Of a DNA stretch of 64,000 bases, positions 13,474 through 25,233 are shown in pieces. The notes below the pieces were generated by a model. The model did not search any database, was not told where the DNA came from, and saw nothing but the letters and a program-made list of their open reading frames with translations. A program made the translations under genes and the position numbers. The DNA lies in assembly GCF_037042905.1 (NCBI RefSeq), contig NC_087251.1, forward strand, positions 14,200,001 to 14,264,000, read 5' to 3'. The DNA comes from Lytechinus pictus (Eukaryota). Position 1 is the first letter of the stretch, and the number at the start of each line of letters is the position of its first letter.

Positions 13474-14159
13474 ATCCATCTTTGAGTGCCAAAAATGTGC
13501 ATTTCCCACCCCTAGGTCGTATGAAACTCTTATCACTCGTAACAAAATCTTTATAACTCGTTCATAGCTCGCTATAAGTCGTATAAAGGTCACCGCAACT
13601 CATACTAAGCTCGGCCTGACTCGTTTCGCGCTCGGTTCACTCGTACAACGAGCGTAGTGAACTCGATGTTGAGTCGTTTGTCACTCAAGCAAATTCCAGG
13701 GAAAATGTAAATTTCACGCGAGCTTGTGCGAGCTAAGGCGAGTTAGAGCTCGCGCAGCTCGCGTATGACTCGCAACTCCAACTCGCCAAAGTGGAAACCT
13801 TGCTTGCGCAGCTCGCGTATGACTCGCAACTCCAACTCGCCAAAGTGGAAACCTTGCTTTACATGACACCAACAGAATGCGGTGCCACTGCGAGTAGGCC
13901 TGTGGGATCGGGCCGGCCGTTACGAGGCCGTAAATTAAACATGGGTATAATACCTCCTTCGTGTTTTTCTTTCTGTTTTTCAGCGTTTCTCTCAAGTTAA
14001 AAGGGTATTTTTTTTTTTTTTGGGGGGGGGGTTTGCCAAAAATAGGGGGGCCGGGGCCGGCTCGGCCCCCCCCCTTTGATCCGTGTGTATTGCATTTATA
14101 TAAATTCTAATTTGCATAAGTCGAATGATAAACTGATAAATATAAATCGTTGCTGGTGG

Positions 14160-14610
14160 TTGTAATATTTTTTAAAGTAAACAGCTTTAGCCTTGAGTAT
14201 AGTATGTTAACTTTAGTGATCTTGGGCTTGCTCAAAATATGATTCTATTTTTTAACCAGTTTCTTTAGGTTACTTCCCCAAACTAAGTTACAATAAGACA
14301 TATTTAGGCAAAACAAGTGTGGAATACGAAATTCGTAATAATATCAGCTGGTAAATAGTAACTTAATGTGGAAGAAATACCAATATATATTTTCATATAT
14401 ATATCTTGTATGTGAAATTTCCAAGTTAATTTTAAATCAATAGTTACACCAAGGTTATTTTTTTGTTCAACCTTAGGAATCTCAATACTATTCAATTTTA
14501 ATTTAAAAGACTCAGTGTCATATTGTTTATTAGCATAAGGATTGCTGAAAACAATTAAGTTAGATTTAGAGGGGTTTAATCTGATAGCCTATGTGCCTGG
14601 AACCACACAC
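14160..14610 (-). mobile_element. LINE reverse transcriptase C-terminal fragment
   Basis: ORF 14304..14495 LGVTIDLKLTWKFHI matches the LG..ID..L.W..H motif that follows the RT domain. Confidence 0.65.
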
Positions 14611-14659
14611 TCTTAAAATTAAGTTGTTTTTTTAATCATTCACCCTTTTTAGTTGTTTC

Positions 14660-14725
14660 AAAGTCAGTAAGAGCACTGCTGCCTTATTGAATAGCGCAAT
14701 GCAGGCGAGACTGCCATAGGCGTTT
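14660..14725 (+). mobile_element. Isolated 3' end of the HINE family
   Basis: AGCACTGCTGC...GCAGGCGAGACTGCCATAGGCGTT, matching 42643-42704. Confidence 0.7.
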
Positions 14726-15568
14726 TGTATTCAACGAAAGAACATGCACGTATATGATTATCAAAGAAAAAACATCCACTTACCTTAGTTCTAAGTATTG
14801 TTTTCCCGACAAGGTCTAATGAATTTTACTTTACTCTGTAGATGATGGTGCTAGTCAGAAGATCAAACGGTTTCTGGTTCAACCACAAGCCATCCAGGAT
14901 CTAAGACTCGTCAATTACCATAATTAGGGGCGTGAATAATAAAATGTTCACGTCCTTCACAAGCAAATTCATCACACGCTCCAATTGGTTGGAAACTTGC
15001 TGACTCTCGTGTTACTAAGGAAATAAGGGGTGTGTTCTAAAATACGTCACTTAAAAAAAAGGTCCACGATCGTTAATGCAAATCATGACTCTGAATAATT
15101 CATGTTTAGATAAATAGATAGATAAATTTTATTTTCACACGGTAAAAAACCCAAACAGATACAGAGTCTGATTTGCATTGGGGCCGTGCCATGAATAAAA
15201 TGTACAAAGTAAAAGGCACCCAATCTTAGTATACATGTACATGAATAATACATAAAACATAATAATCGTTTCTTTTTGGAAATCAATTAAAAACAAGAGA
15301 AAAGCCGCTTCTATTCTCATCGAGGGTAACCAAAAACAATGCATTTTTGATATTTCATTCTTAGAATTCATTTGGGCTGATTTTAGTAATTTATTTTATT
15401 CATTATAAAAACTTGTTGTGCTTTGGATTGATAGACCTAGTTAATGGCATTGCACATGAGATCTTTGATAGTTTCTTTCATTTTAATATTTGTGTAGTCG
15501 TTTGTTGTACAGTGCAGAAAGGGAGACATCTACGTTTCGCTGTTGACAAACAATCCTTTAGTAACTTA

Positions 15569-15680
15569 GGTGCCGTGGCTGCGTGGTCATCTGGCAAAGT
15601 GCATGAAAGACCGGGGTTCCAAACCCGCCCATTGCCCTGAGCATGGTATTTTATCCACAGTGCTCTCAAATCGACTTCGA
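15569..15680 (+). mobile_element. Degenerate tRNA-derived SINE head
   Basis: A-box-like TGGCTGCGTGG, B-box-like GGTTCCAAACCC, then CCCTGAGCATGGTATTTTATCCAC resembling the body of the SINE at 29453. Confidence 0.55.
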
Positions 15681-16463
15681 CATCTTCTTCTTCGTTTCTA
15701 TTGAAACAGAAATACTTATATTTCAGCATCAATATTTTGATCTTAGTTTGAAAAAAATATCAAAGCGCGAGCCTGCTAAGTAATTAACTAAATTCATGAG
15801 CCAAATGCAGTCATACCATGGGTCGACAGGTAAACGATTCAACTAATTTACAATGCAGTGCCATATAAATTCAGTCTTCGTTTAAGGAATATCAATAGTG
15901 AACAGTTGTAATTTTGTCTTTTGAAAATTTTAATTGCTCTCAGTTGAAATTAAAACAATATTCTAATACACAGAGGTTCAGAAGGTAACGTTTGTATGGA
16001 TATTTCTTTCTTTTTTTTTAGTTTAGATTTGGAGACATTATTCAGTTCGGCCGCATTGCGTTAAAATATAAAATTACAGTTGTCATGAATGCTGGTAGAT
16101 AAGCAGTAGGCCTACCCAATTGAAATGAACGATTTGCAGAAATTCATATAAGTTAGGTTTGGCAAATTCTGATTTTTTTTTTTTTCATTTGATTATCCTG
16201 AGTTGATGAAAGTTGATAAATATTTTTTGTAGAATAGAAGGTTAAAATAATATTCTTGACACTTATATTAATTTTCTTACAAAGCCAATCAAAGTGGTAA
16301 CTATATATGCATTATTTGTTTATATATAACAAAAGCCTACATCCATGCTTAATATGTTTTACTTTCCCTTGTGTAATTCATTTGCTGCATCAGAACGCAT
16401 GAAGGCACGAGATCCTGCTGTATCCACAATGCCGTTTCGCATCTTCGGATGAAGAATCGAGAG

Positions 16464-16955
16464 CGTATCCGGACATCTACCCCCTGGACATCCACCCCCC
16501 GGACATCCACCACCCGGACATCCACCCCCCGGACATCCACCCCCTTAGGACATCTACCCCCTAGGACAAGTACCCCCTAGGACATCTACCCCCGGACATT
16601 TACCCCCCGGACATCTACCCCCCGGACATCTACCCCCGGACATCTACCCCTTGGACATCTACCCCCCCGGACATTTACCCCCGTATCCAAAATATCCGTG
16701 AGTAGATGCCCGGGGGTAGCCTGTCTGGGGGGGGGGGGTAGATGTCCGGGGGGAAGATGTCCGGGGGGTAGATGTCCGGGGGGGGTAGATGTCCGGGGGG
16801 TACTTGTCCGGGGGGTAAATGTCCGGGGGGTAGAGGTCCTAGGGGGTACTTGTCCTAGGGGGTAGATGTCCTAAGGGGGTGGATGTCCGGGGGTGGATGT
16901 CCGGGTGGTAGATGTCCGGGGGGTGGATGTCCAGGGGGTAGATGTCCTAGAATCG
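16464..16955. repeat. Foldback element built of ~15-bp GGACATCYACCCCC units in two inverted arms
   Basis: About 14 C-rich units (16471-16682), then about 14 inverted G-rich units (to 16947); variant order is mirrored between the arms. Confidence 0.9.
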
Positions 16956-17343
16956 TGCGAGAGATCAGCCCACAAAACCGTTCTTTTTCTTGTGTGATTA
17001 TGTGTGTGTGTGTGTGAGTGTAGTATTCACATCACGGAGGCCATAATTTCACTTGTTTACCTGATTTGTTATGTGTGGAGGTGTGCGTTTGTGTAGTGTG
17101 CGTGTGTTACTTGTGTGATTGTAAATGTTCCGGCCAATATTATGTATTATTTTCCGTCTTTATCATACCAAAACAAAATACAAAGTTAGTCACATTTCGA
17201 AAGTTTAGTCAAAGTGACATAATTTATTTACTTTAAAATTCAATTACAAGTTATTTCAAGATGATTAAATTATATACATCTCTATCAATTTTGAAATAAA
17301 AAGTTAAAATGCGAAAAAAATATGACATTATACAATCATATCG

Positions 17344-18007
17344 TCGGCAGTCATTCGAACCGTCGTATCACGACGGTGCAAACACATCTCAGAGAAAATC
17401 GACTTCTATGTTTACTATAATTTTTACACTTAGTTCCCCAGCTTTACAACATATTCATTGCTAGTTTAATGGTTGGAAAGACCAAGACAATTGCTTAATT
17501 TACATTTGTATCCTTATTTTTACACAAAACTAAGGATCGGAGAAAATATTGCAAAAGAGCTACAAGCTGTTTATTTCGGTATGAGCGGCTTAGCTTTTTC
17601 TGTACGAAAATGCCAAAGGGAAAAGGAATACAACGTTTTGATTGACCGCGATTCCAATGCACGTGATCAGTCAAAACGTCGTATCGATTTTCACGTGCAA
17701 AATCAATGCAGTGCCCAATGCCGATACGACGGTTTGGCTGACCGCGCGCATTGAAATCGCGGTCAGTCAAAACGTCGTATCACGTCGTGTTACAGTACAT
17801 GTTTCCAATGGGATTTGCGCAATTTATTAAAAATTTGTATGGCATCGCCGTGAAAATCCCTTCATATCTCAAAAACTAAAATAAATTGCTGCATAGAAAT
17901 TTAGTGATGAATAAAATAGGACTTTTACTTTCATTTCTGCAAAAATCTCAAAATCGATTTTTTTTTTTTTTTTTTTTTTGGGACACGACGTTTCGGATGA
18001 AGGCCGA
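17344..18007. mobile_element. Unclassified MITE with ~26-bp imperfect TIRs and an internal palindrome
   Basis: TCGGCAGTCATTCGAACCGTCGTATC vs GACACGACGTTTCGGATGAAGGCCGA; internal inverted repeat ~17635-17775. Confidence 0.6.
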
Positions 18008-19099
18008 TAGGCCTAATCTAATAGATGGGGACATCTCATATTTGTTTTAAAAGGAAGTATAAACAGTTAGATTCATGCAGAAATAATGAACGTAAACATG
18101 GTAAATACTATACAAAAATTACCATGGGGACAGTACGTGATGTTAGTTGTCAAGTAAAAATAAATATACTGTAACTACATAATTCAAAACATTAATACAG
18201 AGTTGAATAAAAATGTCAGATATGTGATTTAAAGTTCCCCTTCACCAATAAAGACTAACTGCAATAAAGTATGATAATAAACTGCCTGTTGGATTTGATT
18301 TCATTACTCGCTTTTTGGATCGTTTGTTTTCAAGAGTAAAATAATTAAATTCGTAGATATAGTAATGGAAATTTTTCATTACTATATCTACGATTTTACT
18401 ATCCAATAACATTTGTTAACAAATAAACTCTTCATCGAGTGCTGCCCAAGGTTGACTCACTGGAAATTACATTTTGATCCTAGTTTGGTCTGCCCCTGAG
18501 TTGGCCTAATGGAAACACTTTGACGATGTCACGGAGGTAATACCAGGCATTATTCGGAAAGATACAAAAAAATAATTACGGGTTCTCAATAGAACAAACA
18601 TGATATTGCTACCGAATTTCACGCGTATCTTGTTTCGAGCGATTACGAGTAAAAGTTGTAAATATTGTTTTATTACCCTTATTCAACAAGTTTGCTCATT
18701 CATCCTAATATTCACAATATTTGCATTCTTTGTTTTGGTAAATTAAATATCAATTCTTCACATCAGTGACCATGTAGCGCATCAGAACTTTTCTTCTTGC
18801 TGGTCTTTTAATTCGTTTTAACATGCACTTTTTGTAATCTTTGACAGGATGTTATTTTTCCTAAAACTTTCTATCCATTACGAATGGAAAATATCGATGA
18901 CAAATTTACCCTCAGCCAATCTAAGAACCACGATTTAAGTTTGTAGGAAACGAGTTATCGTTTGTAGGAAATTTTATGGAACAGGACTAAAAGTCCTCAT
19001 GCATGGTTCATTTTTGCATTCAACGCTTACTTGTCCAAGAGGAAGATTGGGCTATACACTAGCTCTGACAATCCATTGGCCATGTTCGCCTGGTAAAAT

Positions 19100-19632
19100 G
19101 CTAATTCGTCTACTGGTAACTCGTCCACTCACCACATGGTCTACTTTCATTTAGTCTTATGCCATTCAGTCCATCAACATTTCGTCTAACAACCATTTGG
19201 TCCAATAACCGTTCGGTCCAATCATCACTTTGTCTAATCACCATTTCGTCTATGACTATTTCGTCCCATAACCAGTTGGTCTAATATCCATTTAATTTTT
19301 ATTGATTTTGCACAATTTAACACTTAATCTAATTAAACCAAATGGTCAGTGGCGGACCGTGACCCGGAGGAGACAATAAAGCATTGGAGGGCACAGCATT
19401 GTTCACAAACAATACAGTGCCCCTCCAATGCTTTGTCTCCTCCGGGTCACGGTCCGCCACTGCAAATGGTATATGGACTAAATGGCTATTGGACAAACTG
19501 GTCATTAGATTGAAGGGCATTAGACTAATAAAAGTAGACCATGTGGTGAGTGTACGAACTGATGGTAGACCAAATGATGTAGTAGACGAGTTGGCAATAG
19601 AAGGACTGGCATTAGACGAATTGGAAATAAAA
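19100..19632. repeat. Palindromic short-unit (TCGTCTA/TAGACGA, ~15-16 bp) foldback element
   Basis: ACTCACCACATGGTCTACTTT (19126) vs AAAGTAGACCATGTGGTGAGT (19531); unit orientation flips across the centre. Confidence 0.75.
19347..19462. mobile_element. 116-bp hAT-like hairpin MITE, 8-bp TSD
   Basis: CAGTGGCGGACCGTGACCCGGAGGAGACA... / ...TGTCTCCTCCGGGTCACGGTCCGCCACTG; TSD CAAATGGT at 19339-19346 and 19463-19470. Confidence 0.9.
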
Positions 19633-20265
19633 CGTTCACTTCAGTGGAAATGGCATATGACGCTAGGTTCCAGCTCAGTACCAAACTTATTCAGTTGATC
19701 AAGCCAGACCATGGTAGATTCAACCTGGTCGGGCAAGCTCGGCAAGGAAATCGGGATTAATCTACTTCACCGACTCGGGACTCAACCTCCCTCCGCAGGT
19801 TACTATTCACATATTTTGAACATGTCCAAACTTCTCTAGTAGGGAGTAAGATCACCCCTATAAATTCATATTGACCCCAAATACCTTGTGAAAAATTACT
19901 TGATTGGGATTTTGATCAGTTCGGCAATAAGTACATAGAACAACGACAAATGTCACTTTTGTATACTTCATAGCCAGGTTTAATATCAATATAATCATGA
20001 TAATGACTCCTTGAGTAGGCCTATACCGACTTGATGGAACCGATTCTGGGCTTGTACGATCATGGAGCTACTAGCTCCATGGTACGATCTTGCTTGGCAA
20101 GGTAATGGGGGTTGCTACCTTGCTCGACATCGATTTGGCTCTTATAAAAGAAACGTAATAATAAGTCTGAGGTGAGATCGTGAGCTATATCGATTTCGCA
20201 GACTGGCCCTATATCATGTATATAGTCCCTTTATGAAATATGGGTTCTTGAAGGAGACGCTAGTT

Positions 20266-20352
20266 TCAGACTGTTGTGTATTTCCGTTCCGTCTCGACTA
20301 GGTCTTCTGATGCTGTTCGTTTTGTTGGTAAAGGGTGCATCTTTATAAATCC
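20266..20352 (-). CDS. SLCO: SLCO terminal exon 12 (GFIKMHPLPTKRTASEDLVETERKYTTV*)
   Basis: Strong acceptor ttttttccag, phase 0, 29 codons to TGA. Total CDS 2250 nt with all phases consistent. Confidence 0.7.
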   Translation of the reverse strand, partial: GFIKMHPLPTKRTASEDLVETERKYTTV

Positions 20353-20639
20353 CTGGAAAAAAATAAATGCAACAGTATATTCGATGTGGTAAAATTCAAA
20401 ACATAATAGGCCTGCATCACGAAAAAGGACAAAATAGAAATACATACATTATAGTTTTACGACCTAAACATCAATAATCACAAAAGTGTTCTTACTGTGC
20501 AATCCTATGAACACAAGACGTTCGCGTTTTAATAAACATGATAAAGGGATTTTTTCTACCGGAGACATTGAAAGCTGTAGAGCAATTCATAATCAACATC
20601 CTCAAAACAAAATTGATAGATATAAAGAAATGACAATAC

Positions 20640-20854
20640 CTCTTCTTCCTTCTTCTGTTGGCGGACCGAGAGGAAAGCTATGAAGAAGAATGTAAAGGCT
20701 AGAATTCTACCGCATGACGAAAAGAGAGTGAAGACCAGTCTGAAAGCTTTGATGTCATAGACCAAACAGTTCCCAGTTTTACCGCAGGATTCTTGGAATA
20801 GCAGGCAAGTTTGCTCGATAATAGCTCCGAAATATACAGGTCCAGGTATAAAAG
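20640..20854 (-). CDS. SLCO: SLCO exon 11 (FIPGPVYFGAIIEQTCLLFQESCGKTGNCLVYD…)
   Basis: OATP motif IP.P..FG..I...C......CG..G.C..YD. 215 nt, tacag / GTATTG. Confidence 0.92.
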
Positions 20855-21857
20855 CTGTAAGAGTTATACAGAAATAATTTATCAATTTTGTATGGAATCG
20901 TTCGATTTTTGGCTATCTTTCTGAAAGCTACAACAGTACATTTTCCTGCTTGGTTTTCCCACTTTTTCTCTACTTCTTGATCATTTTATTTTTTAAATGA
21001 AAATAATAACAAAACATACCTTTCACCACAATCAAACTTGCGTTCATGAAAACAAAAAATTAGGTGATGACTGAGGTACGAGTTGGTTACGCAGATCGTT
21101 ACCATAACGACGGCTGCAACCTTATGTGGAGTTTCACTCTTTCCATTTTTATGTAGGCCTGTGAAACCGTCATAATAACGTACGAGCGTTTCAGAGAAAT
21201 TAACTGACCCTGTCATGTCTGTGAATGATTCAAATTGTCATTTTCTTCGCTCGTGTGATGAAAATTTGTAGTAGACCTCATCAATCAACTGGACCGAGTG
21301 AGTCAGAAAATGCTACTTTCATAATTGCAAAGAATCGTTATCATGGTAATAATATGCAATTTAGATATTTATATAAAAAAAAACTTGATGGAATTCTCTC
21401 ATCTCGTGTTTATGAAGCTTAGTTTTATCATGTTCATATGGGCCAATGTGGCTTGCACTTATAGAAATAATGTTAATGATACACATGAATATAGGATCAA
21501 CAATTACGTCCATTATGAAATAATTCAAAGAGAAATGAGTGTGAATATAAAACAATGGGAAGATGACGATAAGGGTCTAAATTAATTCAATGCGACATGA
21601 AAATGATTAAAGACTGCATCATTAATCATAAAGTGGCGCCATGCTTTTCAAAGCATTTGAGACAAGTGAAGCTTCACAAGCCATTCGGAGAGATGATTTT
21701 GCGTTGGCGTCATTGTTTTTATAATTTTTCTGTATTTTGGTATTTTGTAAAGAAAATATTAATTGTTTGATACGTCTACTTCCTGCATAGGTAAAAAAGA
21801 AAACAACTGCAGACTACGATTAATACAAAAATGACAAAGTTCACAATGATTTCTTAC

Positions 21858-21922
21858 CAACAAGTTTCATCAGAACATTACTGAAACCAAGGGCCGTAGA
21901 CCTATCTTCTTCCCTGTGTGAC
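21858..21922 (-). CDS. SLCO: SLCO exon 10 (SHREEDRSTALGFSNVLMKLV)
   Basis: Translated by hand; TM11 (E/D)(K/R)S.ALG. 65 nt, phase 2-1 fits both neighbours; tatag / GTAAGA. Confidence 0.88.
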
Positions 21923-22976
21923 CTATAGAATGAGTTAAGAAAGAGTTAAGCAGCATCAAATACAAATTTGAGCAATTACAGAAGCTTTATATGATTGTGA
22001 TCGTCCCACCCTCCCCCATATCGGAGGAAGGATTTTACAAAAAGGATAGATTGAATGTGGCTGAGATATGAAGGGAAACAAAGATAACAAAAATATTGAA
22101 AAGTGGTAGCAGTGAAACCCCAGGCTGTAAGAGGTACTCCAAACTGAAAATAATATGATTTCAACAGATTAAGAAAAATCAGACAAACAAACACTGAAAA
22201 TTTGATCAAGATCGGACAAGGAATAACAAAGTTATGGCATTTTTAAAGATTTCCAGTATTCCGGTGAAACAGTTCTTGGCATGTGTTCATGATATTCAAT
22301 GAGCACACTGATGGTGTCATATTCCCACTTGTTCTTTTTTTTTTATTATATGAAAAAATTGACACCTGAATTACGTATTCTCCTTACGTTCATGCTCTTG
22401 GCCAGCTTCATTTCCCTATTCATTGTGTAAAACATTATCAAACAAACATGGCTCATATCCAAATTGTACAATTTATATTAATCATGTGTTGTGTGAAATC
22501 TATTGACTAAACCCAGTTCATTTTCGTGTTGCCCCCAAACTTTTATTACACATTTAAGTGATTTATTAACTACTTAGTATCATGTCAGATCGCGAAGCCT
22601 ATAGCGTACCATTGATTCATTCTCGGATGCGTCCGATTTGTAGTGTTGATCCGCAGTGTAGTTAAGTTTGTTTAAATAGCCTTTAACAATTACATCACAC
22701 AGTATACAGTATAGTACTTATTTTTTCTCCCCCACCTTCGGAAAATTAAAGGTTCTTAAACATCGAGTCAGAAAAGGGTGTTAAATGGTTCTTCAGAACC
22801 ATCATTGTTTCTACAAGGAACCTCTTGGGTTCTCGAAAGTATCAAGAAGTTTTGAAGAATCATTTTTTAAGGAGGTTCCCAATATCGCACAAAATGGTTC
22901 AAAACTCTAACCCATCGTTTCAAAAGGTCACTGAAAAATATAAGCGTCTACCAAGTACCAACATGATCAATATTAC

Positions 22977-23176
22977 CGAAACTGAAGCATAAAAGCTGGG
23001 TTGTAGACTGTAGATCCAAGGAGGGACCCAGTAAGCATCATTCCAAGAAAATAGTAGAGTCTATCACAAGACCAAGGGCATTCTCCAGGTGAGGCGAAGC
23101 CGCTGTTCAGCACACCTTCCCCGACGATAGTAGTATTGTGGTAAATCTTAGGGATGCAGCTACACTCCACAAATAT
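22977..23176 (-). CDS. SLCO: SLCO exon 9 (IFVECSCI…ASPGECPWSCDRLYYFL…FR)
   Basis: CSCI…A..G.C...C followed by TM10. 200 nt, cacag / GTAATA. Confidence 0.9.
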
Positions 23177-23447
23177 CTGTGAGGTTGAACATAGAATTGG
23201 TGATAAAATTTATTTGACAAAAGGTAATAAAAAAGATGAATGTTGGTCTTGCCTTTTTCTCTTATTTGTTATTCCAATTCGATGATTTTAAGACAGACAC
23301 TCTCTTTATTGTCTACCTTTCTTCCAAATTCAATATCATTATTTTACTATTATCATCCAAAGCGCTCTTCAGTTTTACCTAACAAATCAGATGGGTATAA
23401 ACTACTGAGTCTTGGGACGTCTCGCAATCATTCTGGTAATCTGACGG

Positions 23448-23642
23448 CACTATCGTACCTACGGGGGGGGGGGGCAGACTGCCCCCCCCCCCCGCCTGAC
23501 GAGTCACAACCCATGCAAGGGACATATCCCTGCTCCCCCCCTGAAGAGTCCTGAATACCTTTTTTTTTTTTTTTGCTTGTCAAATTTTTTGGCGGACGAA
23601 TCCCCCCCCCCCCCCCTGTGGAAAATCCTAGGTACGCCACTG
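23448..23642. mobile_element. Short hAT-like MITE, 8-bp TSD
   Basis: CACTATCGTACCTA / TAGGTACGCCACTG; flanks TCTGACGG / CCTGACGG. Confidence 0.75.
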
Positions 23643-23975
23643 CCTGACGGTCACTCCTGCGACAACTTTTGGAAGACATGGGGTTATGGTTAGGTACGTT
23701 GTTATAGGCTTTACATTCAAGAAAAATGTGAACTTGGGGACAGGTTACGATTACTATTAAGAGCAGCTGATTTTCTATCAGAGCAAATAATTGTCACCGA
23801 AACAATTGACTTGGATCCGACGATTCCACATTCGTAGACAAGGCATTAAGTGAATCCTAACCACAAAAAAAATTATTTTCGGTTTTTCTTTTTCGGTGAA
23901 CCTTCATATTTAGGATCATTTTGGCGGATTGCTTGTCGAAAAACATTTCAACATTATCTTTGATTGAATTCTCAC

Positions 23976-24168
23976 CGTTGAGTTGACCCCATCCTTGTTC
24001 ACCATCATAACATCCCTACAGCCAGCATGACATGCTGTGGCGTAAGTAAGACCGTCTGATCCACACACTGGCACGAAATCTGGCGCGCAATCACATTCCA
24101 CATTGCAGCTCGCAGTAAGATCGTCTGCGTACTCTACGTTCGTTGGTAGAGTGTTAAATGGTGACGGG
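23976..24168 (-). CDS. SLCO: SLCO exon 8, Kazal-like domain (CNVECDC...FVPVCGSDGLTYATACHAGC)
   Basis: OATP extracellular Kazal cysteine pattern. 193 nt, aacag / GTGAGA. Confidence 0.93.
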
Positions 24169-24250
24169 CTGTTGAAAATATAGACCCACATCGAATCCAA
24201 TGAATGAACAGTGTCGTTTAACATGTTTTATAAGAAACAAGATCCATATA

Positions 24251-24850
24251 CCGTGTAAGTAAAAAAACCCTTAACACCTCAAAAATCCTCCATTTAAGGA
24301 GAAAATATGTCATGGACACATAATAGTGGCATGAAAGAGTATCTTCTCCCAAATAATTTATTTATGTGGTATGTATTCACGCTTGGATGATCAGGAGGTC
24401 TTCTTTGTAGTGATGTAAATTCTGATTTGCGCCAAAGTAAGGCATGACTGCAATAAATGAATCCAGATGTCAATGATGTCATAATCTTATAAGGATTGCA
24501 TTAAAATTCATTTCCAATAATTGACATTATAATTGTTTAATAAACACTTTTTAGTATCAATTATCAAGCTAATTTGATTGAAAAGGGATTTACAGATATT
24601 TTACTAACCGATGTAGGATTATGACACCATTTGCATCCGGATTCATTCATTGCAGTCATGCCTTACTTTGGCGCAAATCAAAAGTGGCATCACTGCAAAG
24701 AAGACCCCCTGATCATCCAAGCATGAATACATACCACATAAATAAATTATTTAGGAGAAGATTCTTTTTCAGGCAATATACATTAATCATGAAATACTTT
24801 TTCCTTAAATTGGGGATTTGTGAGATGTCATGGTTTTTTTACGCACACTG
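24251..24850. mobile_element. Tc1/mariner-like MITE with ~235-bp TIRs
   Basis: TA flanks; the inverted arms even give mirror ORFs (24294..24482 minus and 24621..24866 plus). Confidence 0.85.
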
Positions 24851-25019
24851 TACAATTATTTACTAATTAATCTATAAAAAAAATGATATAATGGTTGAGC
24901 TAACATCTTCCCCGTACCCTGAAGCGTCGCGGCGCCACATTACGTTTGAAGAAAAATTGCCCGTATAAAATCAAGTTTGGAGGCTTATGTCTAAAAATAA
25001 AGTTACAAATTCCTCTTAC

Positions 25020-25233
25020 CTGACTGCGTTTGAGTCGGTGTGGTACGGGACAACTAGACCAGCGTTGCTTGGATTATCACAGCCGAGCCAGTAAAGCACA
25101 GGGGAAAGGATCACAAGTATTGTATAGATCATAAGGATCATCTTGGCACATCCCTTGCTGTTCAGTTTGAGTTTCCGAACGATGAGACTTGCAAAGATGT
25201 TACCCAAGATTGGTCCAGGCAGCATCATCATAC
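25020..25233 (-). CDS. SLCO: SLCO exon 7 (GMMMLPGPILGNIFASLIVRKLKL…LGCDNPSNAGLVVPY…)
   Basis: OATP TM8-9 and GC....AG...Y. 214 nt, ttcag / GTAAGA. Confidence 0.9.

Larger units (their letters stand above)
10423..13858. mobile_element. Harbinger-like non-autonomous DNA transposon with AACTCG/CGAGTT-rich subterminal regions
   Basis: 25-bp TIR AGCAAGGTTTCTACTTTGGCGAGTT / AACTCGCCAAAGTGGAAACCTTGCT; TAA/TTA flanks; right end duplicated in tandem. Sits inside a further TTTACGGCCT...AGGCCGTAAA-bounded element (10301-13934). The superfamily assignment is inferred. Confidence 0.65.
9071..14083. mobile_element. Non-autonomous hAT5-like element (5-bp TSD) hosting a multi-level transposon nest
   Basis: Left end CATGGGCGGATCC, right end GATCCG (last bases lost). 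Flanks TGTGT at 9066-9070 and 14084-14088. The left part is the reverse complement of the right end of 29856-31509. Confidence 0.65.

Noticed and set aside
16349..16540. ORF with VDVRG repeats
   Set aside because: Reading of the 15-bp minisatellite arm.
24294..24866. Pair of similar ORFs on opposite strands
   Set aside because: Produced by the long TIRs of a MITE; no protein motif.
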